A stretch of DNA of 64,000 nucleotides from Macrostomum lignano (lineage: Eukaryota): contig NIVC01002098.1 of assembly GCA_002269645.1 (NCBI GenBank), positions 90,343-154,342 on the forward strand. Direction: 5' to 3'. The notes under the pieces were generated by a model. That model did no database searches and was not told where the DNA came from. It was given only the letters and a program-made list of their open reading frames with translations. A program made the position numbers and the translations under genes. The stretch's first letter is position 1. Each line of letters opens with the position of its first letter. Shown in pieces: positions 35,920 through 55,600 of this stretch.

Positions 35920-38900
35920 AAGTGTGGTGCTGACACTAATGAACCTAACTATAGTGTGGTGCTGACACTAATGAACCTAACTATAGTGTAGCACTGACAC
36001 TAATGAACCTAACTATAGTGTAGCACTGACACTAATGAACCTAACTATAGTGTAGCACTGACACTAATGAACCTAACTATAGTGTAGCACTGACACTAAT
36101 GAACCTAACTATAGTGTGGCACTGACACTAATGGACCTAACTATAGTGTGGCACTGACACTAATGGACCTAACTATAGTGTGGCACTGACACTAATGGAC
36201 CTAACTATAGTGTGGCACTGACACTAATGGACCTAACTATAGTGTAGCACTGACACTAATGAACCTAACTATAGTGTAGCACTGACACTAATGGACCTAA
36301 CTATAGTGTAGCACTGACACTAATGGACCTAACTATAGTGTAGCACTGACACTAATGAACCTAACTATAGTGTAGCACTGACACTAATGGACCTAACTAT
36401 AGTGTGGCACTGACACTAATGAACCTAACTATAGTGTGGCACTGACACTAATGGACCTAACTATAGTGTGGCACTGACACTAATGGACCTAACTATAGTG
36501 TAGCACTGACACTAATGAACCTAACTATAGTGTAGCACTGACACTAATGAACCTAACTATAGTGTAGCACTGACACTAATGAACCTAACTATAGTGTAGC
36601 ACTGACACTAATGGACCTAACTATAGTGTAGCACTGACACTAATGGACCTAACTATAGTGTAGCACTGACACTAATGAACCTAACTATAGTGTAGCACTG
36701 ACACTAATGAACCTAACTATAGTGTAGCACTGACACTAATGGACCTAACTATAGTGTAGCACTGACACTAATGGACCTAACTATAGTGTGGCACTGACAC
36801 TAATGAACCTAACTATAGTGTGGCACTGACACTAATGGACCTAACTATAGTGTGGCACTGACACTAATGGACCTAACTATAGTGTAGCACTGACACTAAT
36901 GAACCTAACTATAGTGTAGCACTGACACTAATGAACCTAACTATAGTGTAGCACTGACACTAATGAACCTAAATATAGTGTAGCACTGACACTAATGAAC
37001 CTAACTATAGTGTGGCACTGACACTAATGGACCTAACTATAGTGTGGCACTGACACTAATGGACCTAACTATAGTGTAGCACTGACACTAATGAACCTAA
37101 CTATAGTGTGGCACTGACACTAATGGACCTAACTATAGTGTAGCACTGACACTAATGGACCTAACTATAGTGTAGCACTGACACTAATGGACCTAACTAT
37201 AGTGTAGCACTGACACTAATGAACCTAACTATAGTGTAGCACTGACACTAATGAACCTAACTATAGTGTAGCACTGACACTAATGAACCTAACTATAGTG
37301 TAGCACTGACACTAATGGACCTAACTATAGTGTAGCACTGACACTAATGAACCTAACTATAGTGTAGCACTGACACTAATGAACCTAACTATAGTGTAGC
37401 ACTGACACTAATGAACCTAACTATAGTGTAGCACTGACACTAATGGACCTAACTATAGTGTAGCACTGACACTAATGGACCTAACTATAGTGTGGCACTG
37501 ACACTAATGAACCTAACTATAGTGTGGCACTGACACTAATGGACCTAACTATAGTGTGGCACTGACACTAATGGACCTAACTATAGTGTAGCACTGACAC
37601 TAATGAACCTAACTATAGTGTAGCACTGACACTAATGAACCTAACTATAGTGTAGCACTGACACTAATGAACCTAACTATAGTGTAGCACTGACACTAAT
37701 GGACCTAACTATAGTGTAGCACTGACACTAATGGACCTAACTATAGTGTAGCACTGACACTAATGAACCTAACTATAGTGTGGCACTGACACTAATGAAC
37801 CTAACTATAGTGTAGCACTGACACTAATGAACCTAACTATAGTGTAGCACTGACACTAATGAACCTAACTATAGTGTAGCACTGACACTAATGGACCTAA
37901 CTATAGTGTAGCACTGACACTAATGGACCTAACTATAGTGTGGCACTGACACTAATGAACCTAACTATAGTGTAGCACTGACACTAATGGACCTGACTAT
38001 AGTGTAGCACTGACACTAATGGACCTAACTATAGTGTGGCACTGACACTAATGGACCTAACTATAGTGTAGCACTGACACTAATGAACCTAACTATAGTG
38101 TGGCACTGACACTAATGAACCTAACTATAGTGTGGCACTGACACTAATGAACCTAACTATAGTGTAGCACTGACACTAATGAACCTAACTATAGTGTAGC
38201 ACTGACACTAATGAACCTAACTATAGTGTAGCACTGACACTAATGAACCTAACTATAGTGTGGCACTGACACTAATGAACCTAACTATAGTGTGGCACTG
38301 ACACTAATGAACCTAACTATAGTGTGGCACTGACACTAATGAACCTAACTATAGTGTGGCACTGACACTAATGGACCTAACTATAGTGTAGCACTGACAC
38401 TAATGAACCTAACTATAGTGTGGCACTGACACTAATGGACCTAACTATAGTGTAGCACTGACACTAATGAACCTAACTATAGTGTAGCACTGACACTAAT
38501 GAACCTAACTATAGTGTAGCACTGACACTAATGAACCTAACTATAGTGTAGCACTGACACTAATGAACCTAACTATAGTGTGGCACTGACACTAATGGAC
38601 CTAACTATAGTGTGGCACTGACACTAATGGACCTAACTATAGTGTAGCACTGACACTAATGAACCTAACTATAGTGTGGCACTGACACTAATGGACCTAA
38701 CTATAGTGTAGCACTGACACTAATGGACCTAACTATAGTGTAGCACTGACACTAATGAACCTAACTATAGTGTAGCACTGACACTAATGAACCTAACTAT
38801 AGTGTAGCACTGACACTAATGAACCTAACTATAGTGTAGCACTGACACTAATGAACCTAACTATAGTGTAGCACTGACACTAATGGACCTAACTATAGTG

Positions 38901-41470
38901 TAGCACTGACACTAATGGACCTAACTATAGTGTAGCACTGACACTAATGAACCTAACTATAGTGTAGCACTGACACTAATGAACCTAACTATAGTGTAGC
39001 ACTGACACTAATGAACCTAACTATAGTGTAGCACTGACACTAATGGACCTAACTATAGTGTAGCACTGACACTAATGGACCTAACTATAGTGTGGCACTG
39101 ACACTAATGAACCTAACTATAGTGTGGCACTGACACTAATGGACCTAACTATAGTGTGGCACTGACACTAATGGACCTAACTATAGTGTAGCACTGACAC
39201 TAATGAACCTAACTATAGTGTAGCACTGACACTAATGAACCTAACTATAGTGTAGCACTGACACTAATGAACCTAACTATAGTATAGCACTGACACTAAT
39301 GGACCTAACTATAGTGTGGCACTGACACTAATGGACCTAACTATAGTGTAGCACTGACACTAATGAACCTAACTATAGTGTGGCACTGACACTAATGAAC
39401 CTAACTATAGTGTGGCACTGACACTAATGAACCTAACTATAGTGTAGCACTGACACTAATGAACCTATCTATAGTGTAGCACTGACACTAATGAACCTAA
39501 CTATAGTGTAGCACTGACACTAATGAACCTAACTATAGTGTGGCACTGACACTAATGAACCTAACTATAGTGTGGCACTGACACTAATGAACCTAACTAT
39601 AGTGTGGCACTGACACTAATGAACCTAACTATAGTGTGGCACTGACACTAATGGACCTAACTATAGTGTAGCACTGACACTAATGAACCTAACTATAGTG
39701 TGGCACTGACACTAATGGACCTAACTATAGTGTAGCACTGACACTAATGAACCTAACTATAGTGTAGCACTGACACTAATGAACCTAACTATAGTGTAGC
39801 ACTGACACTAATGAACCTAACTATAGTGTAGCACTGACACTAATGAACCTAACTATAGTGTGGCACTGACACTAATGGACCTAACTATAGTGTGGCACTG
39901 ACACTAATGGACCTAACTATAGTGTAGCACTGACACTAATGAACCTAACTATAGTGTGGCACTGACACTAATGGACCTAACTATAGTGTAGCACTGACAC
40001 TAATGGACCTAACTATAGTGTAGCACTGACACTAATGAACCTAACTATAGTGTAGCACTGACACTAATGAACCTAACTATAGTGTAGCACTGACACTAAT
40101 GAACCTAACTATAGTGTAGCACTGACACTAATGAACCTAACTATAGTGTAGCACTGACACTAATGGACCTAACTATAGTGTAGCACTGACACTAATGGAC
40201 CTAACTATAGTGTAGCACTGACACTAATGAACCTAACTATAGTGTAGCACTGACACTAATGAACCTAACTATAGTGTAGCACTGACACTAATGAACCTAA
40301 CTATAGTGTAGCACTGACACTAATGGACCTAACTATAGTGTAGCACTGACACTAATGGACCTAACTATAGTGTGGCACTGACACTAATGAACCTAACTAT
40401 AGTGTGGCACTGACACTAATGGACCTAACTATAGTGTGGCACTGACACTAATGGACCTAACTATAGTGTAGCACTGACACTAATGAACCTAACTATAGTG
40501 TAGCACTGACACTAATGAACCTAACTATAGTGTAGCACTGACACTAATGAACCTAACTATAGTATAGCACTGACACTAATGGACCTAACTATAGTGTAGC
40601 ACTGACACTAATGGACCTAACTATAGTGTAGCACTGACACTAATGAACCTAACTATAGTGTAGCACTGACACTAATGAACCTAACTATAGTGTAGCACTG
40701 ACACTAATGAACCTAACTATAGTGTAGCACTGACACTAATGAACCTAACTATAGTGTAGCACTGACACTAATGGACCTAACTATAGTGTAGCACTGACAC
40801 TAATGGACCTAACTATAGTGTGGCACTGACACTAATGAACCTAACTATAGTGTGGCACTGACACTAATGGACCTAACTATAGTGTAGCACTGACACTAAT
40901 GGACCTAACTATAGTGTAGCACTGACACTAATGGACCTAACTATAGTGTAGCACTGACACTAATGGACCTAACTATAGTGTAGCACTGACACTAATGAAC
41001 CTAACTATAGTGTGGCACTGACACTAATGAACCTAACTATAGTGTAGCACTGACACTAATGAACCTAACTATAGTGTAGCACTGACACTAATGAACCTAA
41101 CTATAGTGTAGCACTGACACTAATGGACCTAACTATAGTGTAGCACTGACACTAATGGACCTAACTATAGTGTGGCACTGACACTAATGAACCTAACTAT
41201 AGTGTAGCACTGACACTAATGGACCTGACTATAGTGTAGCACTGACACTAATGGACCTAACTATAGTGTGGCACTGACACTAATGGACCTAACTATAGTG
41301 TAGCACTGACACTAATGAACCTAACTATAGTGTAGCACTGACACTAATGAACCTAACTATAGTGTAGCACTGACACTAATGAACCTAACTATAGTGTGGC
41401 ACTGACACTAATGAACCTAACTATAGTTTAGCACTGACACTAATGAACCTAACTATAGTGTGGCACTGAC
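35920..41470. repeat. 32-bp satellite A, ~170 copies: gtgtRgcactgacactaatgRacctaactata
   Basis: Period 32 (35941 to 35973). Confidence 0.98.
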
Positions 41471-42622
41471 ACTTAAAGACCCAGTTGGAGTGAGGCACTG
41501 ACACTAAAATACCCAGTTGGAGTGTGGCACTGACACTAAAAGAGCCAGTTGGAGTGTGGCACTGACACTAAAAGATCCAGTTGGAGTGTGGCACTGACAC
41601 TAAAAGACCCAGTTGGAGTGTGGCACTGACACTAAAAGATCCAGTTGGAGTGTGGCACTGACACTAAAAGTCCCAGTTGGATTGTGGCACTGACACTAAA
41701 AGACCCAGTTGGAGTGTGGCACTGACACTAAAAGACCCAGTTGGAGTGTGGCACTGACACTAAAAGACCCAGTTGGAGTGTGGCACTGACACTAAAAGAC
41801 CCAGTTGGAGTGTGGCACTGACACTAAAAGACCCAGTTGGAGTGTGGCACTGACACTAAAAGACCCAGTTGGAGTCTGGCACTGACACTAAAAGACCCAG
41901 TTGGAGTGTGGCACTGACACTAAAATACCCAGTTGGAGTGTGGCACTGACACTAAAAGACCCAGTTGGAGTCTGGCACTGACACTAAAAGACCCAGTTGG
42001 AGTGTGGCACTGACACTAAAAGACCCAGTTGGAGTGTGGCACTGACACTAAAAGACCCAGTTGGAGTGTGGCACTGACACTAAAATACCCAGTTGGAGTG
42101 TGGCACTGACACTAAAATACCCAGTTGGAGTGTGGCACTGACACTAAAAGACCCAGTTGGAGTGTGGCACTGACACTAAAATACCCAGTTGGAGTGTGGC
42201 ACTGACACTAAAAGACCCAGTTGGAGTGTGGCACTGACACTAAAATACCCAGTTGGAGTGTGGCACTGACACTAAAAGACCCAGTTGGAGTGTGGCACTG
42301 ACACTAAAATACCCAGTTGGAGTGTGGCACTGACACTAAAAGAGCCAGTTGGAGTGTGGCACTGACACTAAAAGACCCAGTTGGAGTCTGGCACTGACAC
42401 TAAAAGAGCCAGTTGGAGTGTGGCACTGACACTAAAAGACCCAGTTGGAGTGTGGCACTGACACTAAAAGACCCAGTTGGAGTCTGGCACTGACACTAAA
42501 AGAGCCAGTTGGAGTGTGGCACTGACACTAAAAGAGCCAGTTGGAGTGTGGCACTGACACTAAAAGACCCAGTTGGAGTGTGGCACTGACACTAAAAGAG
42601 CCAGTTGGAGTGTGGCACTGAT
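41471..42622. repeat. 32-bp satellite B, ~36 copies: gtgtggcactgacactaaaagacccagttgga
   Basis: Period 32; shares an 18-bp core with satellite A. Confidence 0.98.
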
Positions 42623-44025
42623 ATAATAATTGAAGCGAATGAAGCCAACTGAAAGCCGTGTATAAACAATAAAATCACGATAGACGGCTTTCTGCAATTC
42701 GAAGCTATTGAAATCCGTGTAAACAGCGAATGGCCTGCTTATTAATACATTTTTAATACAAAAAATTGGAGACACGAAACAGATTACAAGAAAGACACAA
42801 AAAGACTGCCACAATTAACTGGAGTATAGAACATTAATTTTGTTAATAAATCTTTGCCTATTTTTATATTGATATTAGAGTAACTAAATCATTCATTTCC
42901 AAACATGCATAATAATTAACAGATGGAAATAAAAATGATAGAAAAAAATGGAAATGCTTTCCTCGTGTTTTTTCAAGAGAATTTAATAGTAAAGTTCATT
43001 GTGCAACAGAATTAAGTATTGTTACCTTTTAGCATAATGAGTTGAGTAAATACTGCATGTCGTACAATAAGACTGCAAGATTCCCCCGATAAAGTTTCAA
43101 GATTCTTGCTTTTCAAAATCTTGTCCCTGCCGGAGTGCTCAGCAAGACTGGCCATTTTAGCACTGCTTTGCAATGACTCAGAGCAGAGTTTTATAGCAGA
43201 AAAGGGAGGAGGCACTTATTGTGTATAAATACTTGGCTGTTTATTATAATAAAGCTTGCTGCAGCCCAATTGGGCCTATGCGCATTGAATTTAATCCAAG
43301 ATACTCGTATGTTTGCCAATGTAACGGAGTTTCTGTCTATGGTTGCAAGGCTGGCACCTCTTTAGAACTCAGGACTGCATCATCCAAGTACGATTTCCGA
43401 AGAACTTTTCTTAGAAAATTTCGGTTTCTTAGAAAACTCAGACTTTTACAAACAAAGCTTTACAAAATCAGTATATCATTATTTTTTTGTCGAATAATGA
43501 AAACTTCCGATCCCTGCAGTGTACTTTACACTAATACCGGGCCCAAAAATGCCTTCTAAGAAAGAGGTTTTTTTAGTCCCCTTCTAGTTAAGTAGTCCTT
43601 GCTATCATTCATAGACTACAGAAATATAATCGGACAAAAAGGGTAGCCTTGGATGCCCTTGGATTTTAGCTCAAGCGGGTTAACTCAGTCCCCTCCGGTT
43701 CTGACATTAGACAAAAAATTGCAAGCTAATATGATTAAAATTCGTCAAACTCAAACAAAAATGTTCTTTAAAAACATGTTCTGCAAAAAATCTGCAAAGA
43801 GACAGTGGCAAAATAATCGGCAAAAGTACTCGCAATATGAAGGGGAAGAGTCACCACTGTTCTCAAATAGATGAGTCTCACAACAAAGCATTAACCATAT
43901 CAGTTCCGAAAAAACCTCAACACTGCACACCTATTTAACCTTCAAATGATTTTAACGGGAAAATTTGTTTGCACTTACCTAAGAGATTTGCTAAAAACTC
44001 ACATTGTTACTTGCGAGTAGGCGCG

Positions 44026-44097
44026 CGCGCGCGTAACAAGCGGCAACGCGTCCTAACCCTCAAACCTAGGTTCCTGGGTTCGAATCCGCAGACCAAT
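44026..44097 (+). other. tRNA-like/SINE-head fragment with a pol III B box
   Basis: GGTTCGAATCC at 44077-44087 preceded by A-box-like TAACAAGCGG; no clean cloverleaf. Confidence 0.35.
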
Positions 44098-44312
44098 GCA
44101 GTAAAATTAACTTGGCGTTTACACAGGGACTGCTGCTGGTCTGGGTTTAATTAAGCGCCCATGAAGGCTAGTGTTAATTGAATTAATACCATCAAGCCTG
44201 TCAATATCATAATCAAAAAGTACATTAAAACGCTTATTTCTTTTCCAGGCAAAAAGACTACGATAAAAAATTTATAGAGTTAAAGCAAAAATCCGACTAG
44301 CGCAGACAGAGC

Positions 44313-50627
<6,315 letters not shown>

Positions 50628-51149
50628 GGCATATATGAATGGCTGCAATCTTTTATCATGCCCGGCAGACTGAAATAATTGCATTGATTAGCGGCTTTGC
50701 TTTAAGTGAAACAATAATTCAAAACTTATGGTTTGACTGAATGATTTGTAACAACTAACAATCCGCGGTTGCGATATAAAGATATCAGTTTCAGCAATTT
50801 ATGTACATCCATAATAATTTTTTACATAACAGGTGCGCCGAAGTGTAAAACAGAATATATCAAATTAATGATGAAAATAAAATGAAAATATACAGCAGTT
50901 TGTAAAAAACTTCTTTACTATACAGTTATAATACAAACTACTTCAAACCTTAAACTATACAGCTTAATTAGCTTAATTAGGAAAAAGTAAAGTCAAATTC
51001 AGACTACAAGAATAGGATAAAAATGCCTAAAGTTGTGTTCCTAAAACAAGTTTTAACATTGCAGAAACACAGTATAATAGCAACTTTTGGACAAACGTGA
51101 CATAGCAAACTGGCACTGGCAGTGCAGCACGCATTTTACTGATTAGGTG

Positions 51150-51430
51150 GAAATTGCCATAGACTATAGGGCCATAACTGGCTGATCAAGTGAAAATTAC
51201 CATAGACTATAGGCCCATATCTGGCTCATCAAGTGAAAATTACCATAGACTATAAGCTCATAACTGGCAGATCAAGTGAAAATTACCATAGACTATAGGC
51301 CTAGATCTGACTGATCAAGTGAAAGTTACTATAAACTATAGGCCTAGATCTGGCTGATCAAGTGAAAGTTACCATAGACTATAGGCCTAGATCTGGCTGA
51401 TCAAGTGAAAGTTACCATAGACTATAGGTC
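51150..51430. repeat. 43-bp repeat gatcaagtgaaaRttaccatagactataggcctagatctggct between FBXW9 and TPCN2
   Basis: Period 43. Confidence 0.85.
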
Positions 51431-51804
51431 ATGTGCACACTTGCATTAATCAAAGTTTGCTCGCATTAGATATAGTAAGAAGCAAGGCAATCACTAGATT
51501 GTTTTTTAATACCACAATCGGCATAAAAACCCATGTTTATTTCCCTGATAAATAAATAAAAAGAATACAAGCTATACAATTGTTAAATATTATCTTACTG
51601 GATAAAAAAGAATGCAGGGTCTCAAAGACAAACGGGACAATACTCGTCACTAAATAATTTTCACTAAGCTGAAGCATTTTTTGAAGCATTCTTTCGTCCT
51701 AGGAATTGAATTTTTAAAAATAATTCTACTAAGAAGCGGATAATTATAAAACAGATTAAATCCCCTCATATTCTCCCAGATTGATGCATTCATTTAAAAG
51801 CGGC

Positions 51805-54220
51805 TTAATCGCGCCACCAGAATTGCAAATCGCCGTCAAGCGAACCCGTAGCGACGACGCCATCCCGACAGCTGACCGAGACGGCGTTGGGCCAGCCGGC
51901 CAGCGGCCTGGGCGGCAGAGTGGCCAAATAGGCCTGCATTGGGTGCCGCTCCCGGCAGACCAGCACTGCACCGTCGGGCGAATCAATGCAGGTCACATTG
52001 TTGCCGACTCCTAGTTTCTGATGCTGTTGCTGTTGCTGCTCCTGCTGCACCGAATCGCTACCAACAAACTCGACGGCGTCGAGATCGGCAGCGAACGAGC
52101 TGGCATCGATGAGGCGGCAATGACGGCGGCACCAGTTGAAGCAGCGAATACCGCCGTGCTGTACGGCGCCCCAGATCTGTCTGGTGTCGCCGGCGTCGCC
52201 TGCCGGCTGTTGGCTGGACAGACAGCGGAGGTAGCGGGATCGGCCAAGGCTGAACTGCTGGACAGGCTGGCTTAGGCTGGCTCTGAGGTCCGTCACGCAT
52301 ACGTTGGTGTCTTCGCCTGCGTGATCGGGGTGACTTTGCATTGGATACTGGAGACTGGGATTTATAAGGCAAAATATCTCAGATTAGCATTAGAAAGGCG
52401 ATTTTTTCTCGGAATTAGGGGCGATTTTCTGTCGGGATTGAAATCTCTCCGGGTATTTTAAAGGCGATTTCTCTCAAGATTGGCGGGCGATTTTCTCTCG
52501 AAACTGGGGGGGGGGGAGGCAATTTAATCTCGTGATTAGGAAGTGGCGATTTTCTCTCGAAATTGGGGGGGGGGGCGATTTTCTCTCGAATTAGGGGCGA
52601 TTTTCTCAGAGAATTAGGGGCCATTTTCTCACAGAGTTAGGGGCGATTTTTCTTAGGATTAGGGGCGATTTTCTCTCGGGATTAGGAGATTTGCTCTCGA
52701 GATTAGGGGAGGAAGGGGCGATTTCCTCTCAAAATTGGGGGGGGGGAATTTTCTTTCGAAGTGGGGGGATAAATTGCTGATATTGCTGTGAAAAAAATTA
52801 ACTAAACAAGCCAGCCTGTGCAGCAATAAATATGCTTAACAAGACTCACCCGCGGTGAGCAGGTAGTGATCCGACAGCGGTAGCACGCACAGCACTGGCC
52901 TGGAGCTGTGCACCGTGACTCGCCGCCTTGTATCGCGAATATCTCTACAGTCAAGCACGTAGGCGCTCCGATCGAAGCAGCCGGCCAGGGCGACGTTCTT
53001 CCCCAGCCAGGCGGTGCACAGGACCGGGCTGCCCAGCATCACGGCATCGGCCAGCTGGGCGGGGTGCAGGGCAAACCGGCGCAGCACCCGGTCCCAGCAT
53101 CCCGTCAGCACCGAGTCCTCGTGGGCCGCCACGCTCCAGATCCAGCCGCGGTGGTGCTGCCGGTCACGGTAGGAGAAGCAATCCGCGTCCGCGGCGCCCG
53201 ACCGGATGCCGCGCAGCGACACCAGCCCGAACGTCTGCATGGGATGGAAGACAGGGAGTCGCTGATGGATGAAACAGAAGCATTTACCGAAGACGCAGGC
53301 CATCCGTGATGCGAGTTTTTGTTTGTGTTTTTAATTATTGAGGAAGGCTTTGGGAATTTTCCGCCGAGCTCTAAGCAGGCTCACAAAGGGTGCACATCGG
53401 CCTGGGGTTCTCATTGTCAGGCATGTCAGGTCCAAAATTAATGAAGGCCCACCATGTGCGGAATCGAACCCAGGGTCTATCTATTGTGCGAGGCGACAGA
53501 TTCAGACGCTCTGATACCCGGACCCGAAACTGAGCTTGAGATTGCAACCCAATTTTCGAGCTTATAATTTTCGAGTTTGTAAAAGTTGACCAATGCGAGT
53601 TTCGGCATTCCAATCCGAAGGCAGCCACTCGCCTGATCGCGGCTGCCAACGGCGGCCAGCCCGCAGCTGCTGGGCAGCAATTGCAGCGCGTCGATGCACA
53701 CCCCGATGCCGTACTGCATCCGCCGGTGCCTGGAACGCGACGGATCGCCAAACCGGTCGATTGCCGTCTCCAGGGCTGTACACCGTCTGCGCCAACGATG
53801 CCCGTCGTCAAGATCGTCGACATCCCCGCCGCCGCCGCTGCCACCGTCAGCAGCGTCTTCGGCAGAGTTGATGGAGGAAGTCGACGACAACTCGTCGGGT
53901 AGGCGAAATCGCCGAGGCGCTCCGGCTTCTTCTTGAACGGCTCCGTCGCAGATCTCGCCTGCGCCCGACAGCTGGCGGCTGTGCAGCAGGCGACGAACGC
54001 GCATCTGCCAGAAGACGCGACTGCCAAGCAGCTGGCGCATCCGCTGGCAGGTGGCGCTCAACTGGGCGACGGAGCGGCAGTCCAGGTGGCCGCACAGGCG
54101 CTCAATTAGTTCAACGGGCAAGCGGATTAGCTGGCTATTATCAAGCGTATCGATTGCGTTGCCGGGCAAATTCTCTTTGTTACTATTGTCACTGGGCGTT
54201 GAACGCACGAGAGCCGTCAT
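51805..54220 (-). CDS. FBXW9: F-box/WD40 protein, FBXW9 (MEC-15)-like; exons 53633-54220, 52850-53234, 51805-52316
   Basis: F-box LIRLPVELIERLCGHLD; WRRRCTALETAIDRF, IDALQLL...VGSRD, HRGWIWSVAAHE...GCWD, HSSRPVLC, TAG|EDTNV..D match recalled FBXW9 blocks (WPAACIALEQ, VDSVLLL...SGSRD, HEGWVWSLAA, HSRPVL, SGSEDHTL). Confidence 0.85.
52385..52770. repeat. Degenerate ~23-bp intronic repeat ggggcgattttctctcg
   Basis: Direct reading. Confidence 0.75.
53440..53520 (-). other. Second tRNA-like/SINE-head fragment in FBXW9 intron 1
   Basis: Minus strand cctgggttcgattccgca matches cctgggttcgaatccgca at 44073-44090 (17/18). Confidence 0.3.
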
Positions 54221-54449
54221 GCTGTTAAATTTACTGATGAGTAATCTTATAGGACAGCAGCTATCGGCGGTAGCTACCGCACTAGAAGGCGGTTGAAAAT
54301 TGAAAATCCATCATCAAACTGTAAAAATAGTCTATGGCTATTGTAGCTAATAATTGGCGAACTGGGTCAGTTACTCGTACTTCTACAGCTTCTAATGAGT
54401 TCAAAAAACAAGCCGCAGTCTTGTTGGAAACATCGGATATTCTTAGGAT

Positions 54450-55400
54450 TATCCACCGGATTTCTATGGGATTTATCATATGGATTAATGTGGGATTATC
54501 GGACAGATTTTTATGGGATTTATCATATGGATTATTGTGGGATTATCGGACGGATTTCTGTGGAATTTATATGGATTATTGCAGGATTATTGGACGGATT
54601 TCTGTGGGAGTTATCATATGGATTAACGTGGGATTATCTGATGGCTTTCTGTGGGAATTATCTTATGGATTAATGTGAGATTATCGGACGGATTTCTGTA
54701 AGATTTATCATATGGATTATTGCAGGATTATCTGACAGATTTCTGTGGGAGTTATCATATGGATTAATGTGGGATTATCTGACAGATTTCTGTGGGAGTT
54801 ATCATATGGATTAATGTGGGATTATCTGACAGATTTCTGTGGGAGTTATCATATGGATTAATGTGGGATTATCTGACAGATTTCTGTGGGATTTATCATA
54901 TGGATTAATGTGGGATTATCTGACAGATTTCTGTGGGAGTTATCATATGGATTAATGTGGGATTATCTGACAGATTTCTGTGGGAGTTATCATATGGATT
55001 AATGTGGGATTATCTGACAGATTTCTGTGGGAGTTATCATATGGATTAATGTGGGATTATCTGACAGATTTCTGTGGGATTTATCATATGGATTAATGTG
55101 GGATTATCTGACAGATTTCTGTGGGAGTTATCATATGGATTAATGTGGGATTATCTGACAGATTTCTGTGGGAGTTATCATATGGATTAATGTGGGATTA
55201 TCGGACAGATTTCTGTGGGAGTTATCATATGGATTAATGTGAGATTATCTGACAGATTTCTGTGGGAGTTATCATATGGGTTATTGTGGGATTTATTATA
55301 TGGATTAATGTGGGATTTATCGGAGTGAATTCTGCGGGAATTATCATATGGATTAATGTGGGATTATCGAATGATTTGGCTTAACTTCTGTAGGGATTAT
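54450..55400. repeat. 47-bp minisatellite between CLP1 and FBXW9
   Basis: gggattatctgacagatttctgtgggagttatcatatggattaatgt. Confidence 0.95.
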
Positions 55401-55600
55401 CTCACCTATTTTGCGGGAGTTAAAGTAGACAAGGAGCACCGAAAACTGGCTAAAATTTAAAGACGCAAAGACAAACAAAGATGATCAAGTCAATTATTAA
55501 ATATTAATTATTATTATTGTACACTGCATAATATCCCGCAGACACTAATATAAAAGCAGTAGCAATTAAAACAGTGCGCAGAATGCAATATTGAGAATAC

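Noticed and set aside
35920-42622. CRISPR-like look (constant 18-bp core plus 14-bp insert)
   Set aside because: The inserts are identical within each block rather than unique spacers, there are no cas genes, and the context is eukaryotic; this is a satellite.
42560-42814. Signal-peptide-like ORF MWQSFCVFLV...
   Set aside because: It starts at TTG, has AT-rich non-coding codon usage, and runs into the satellite; no homology recognised.
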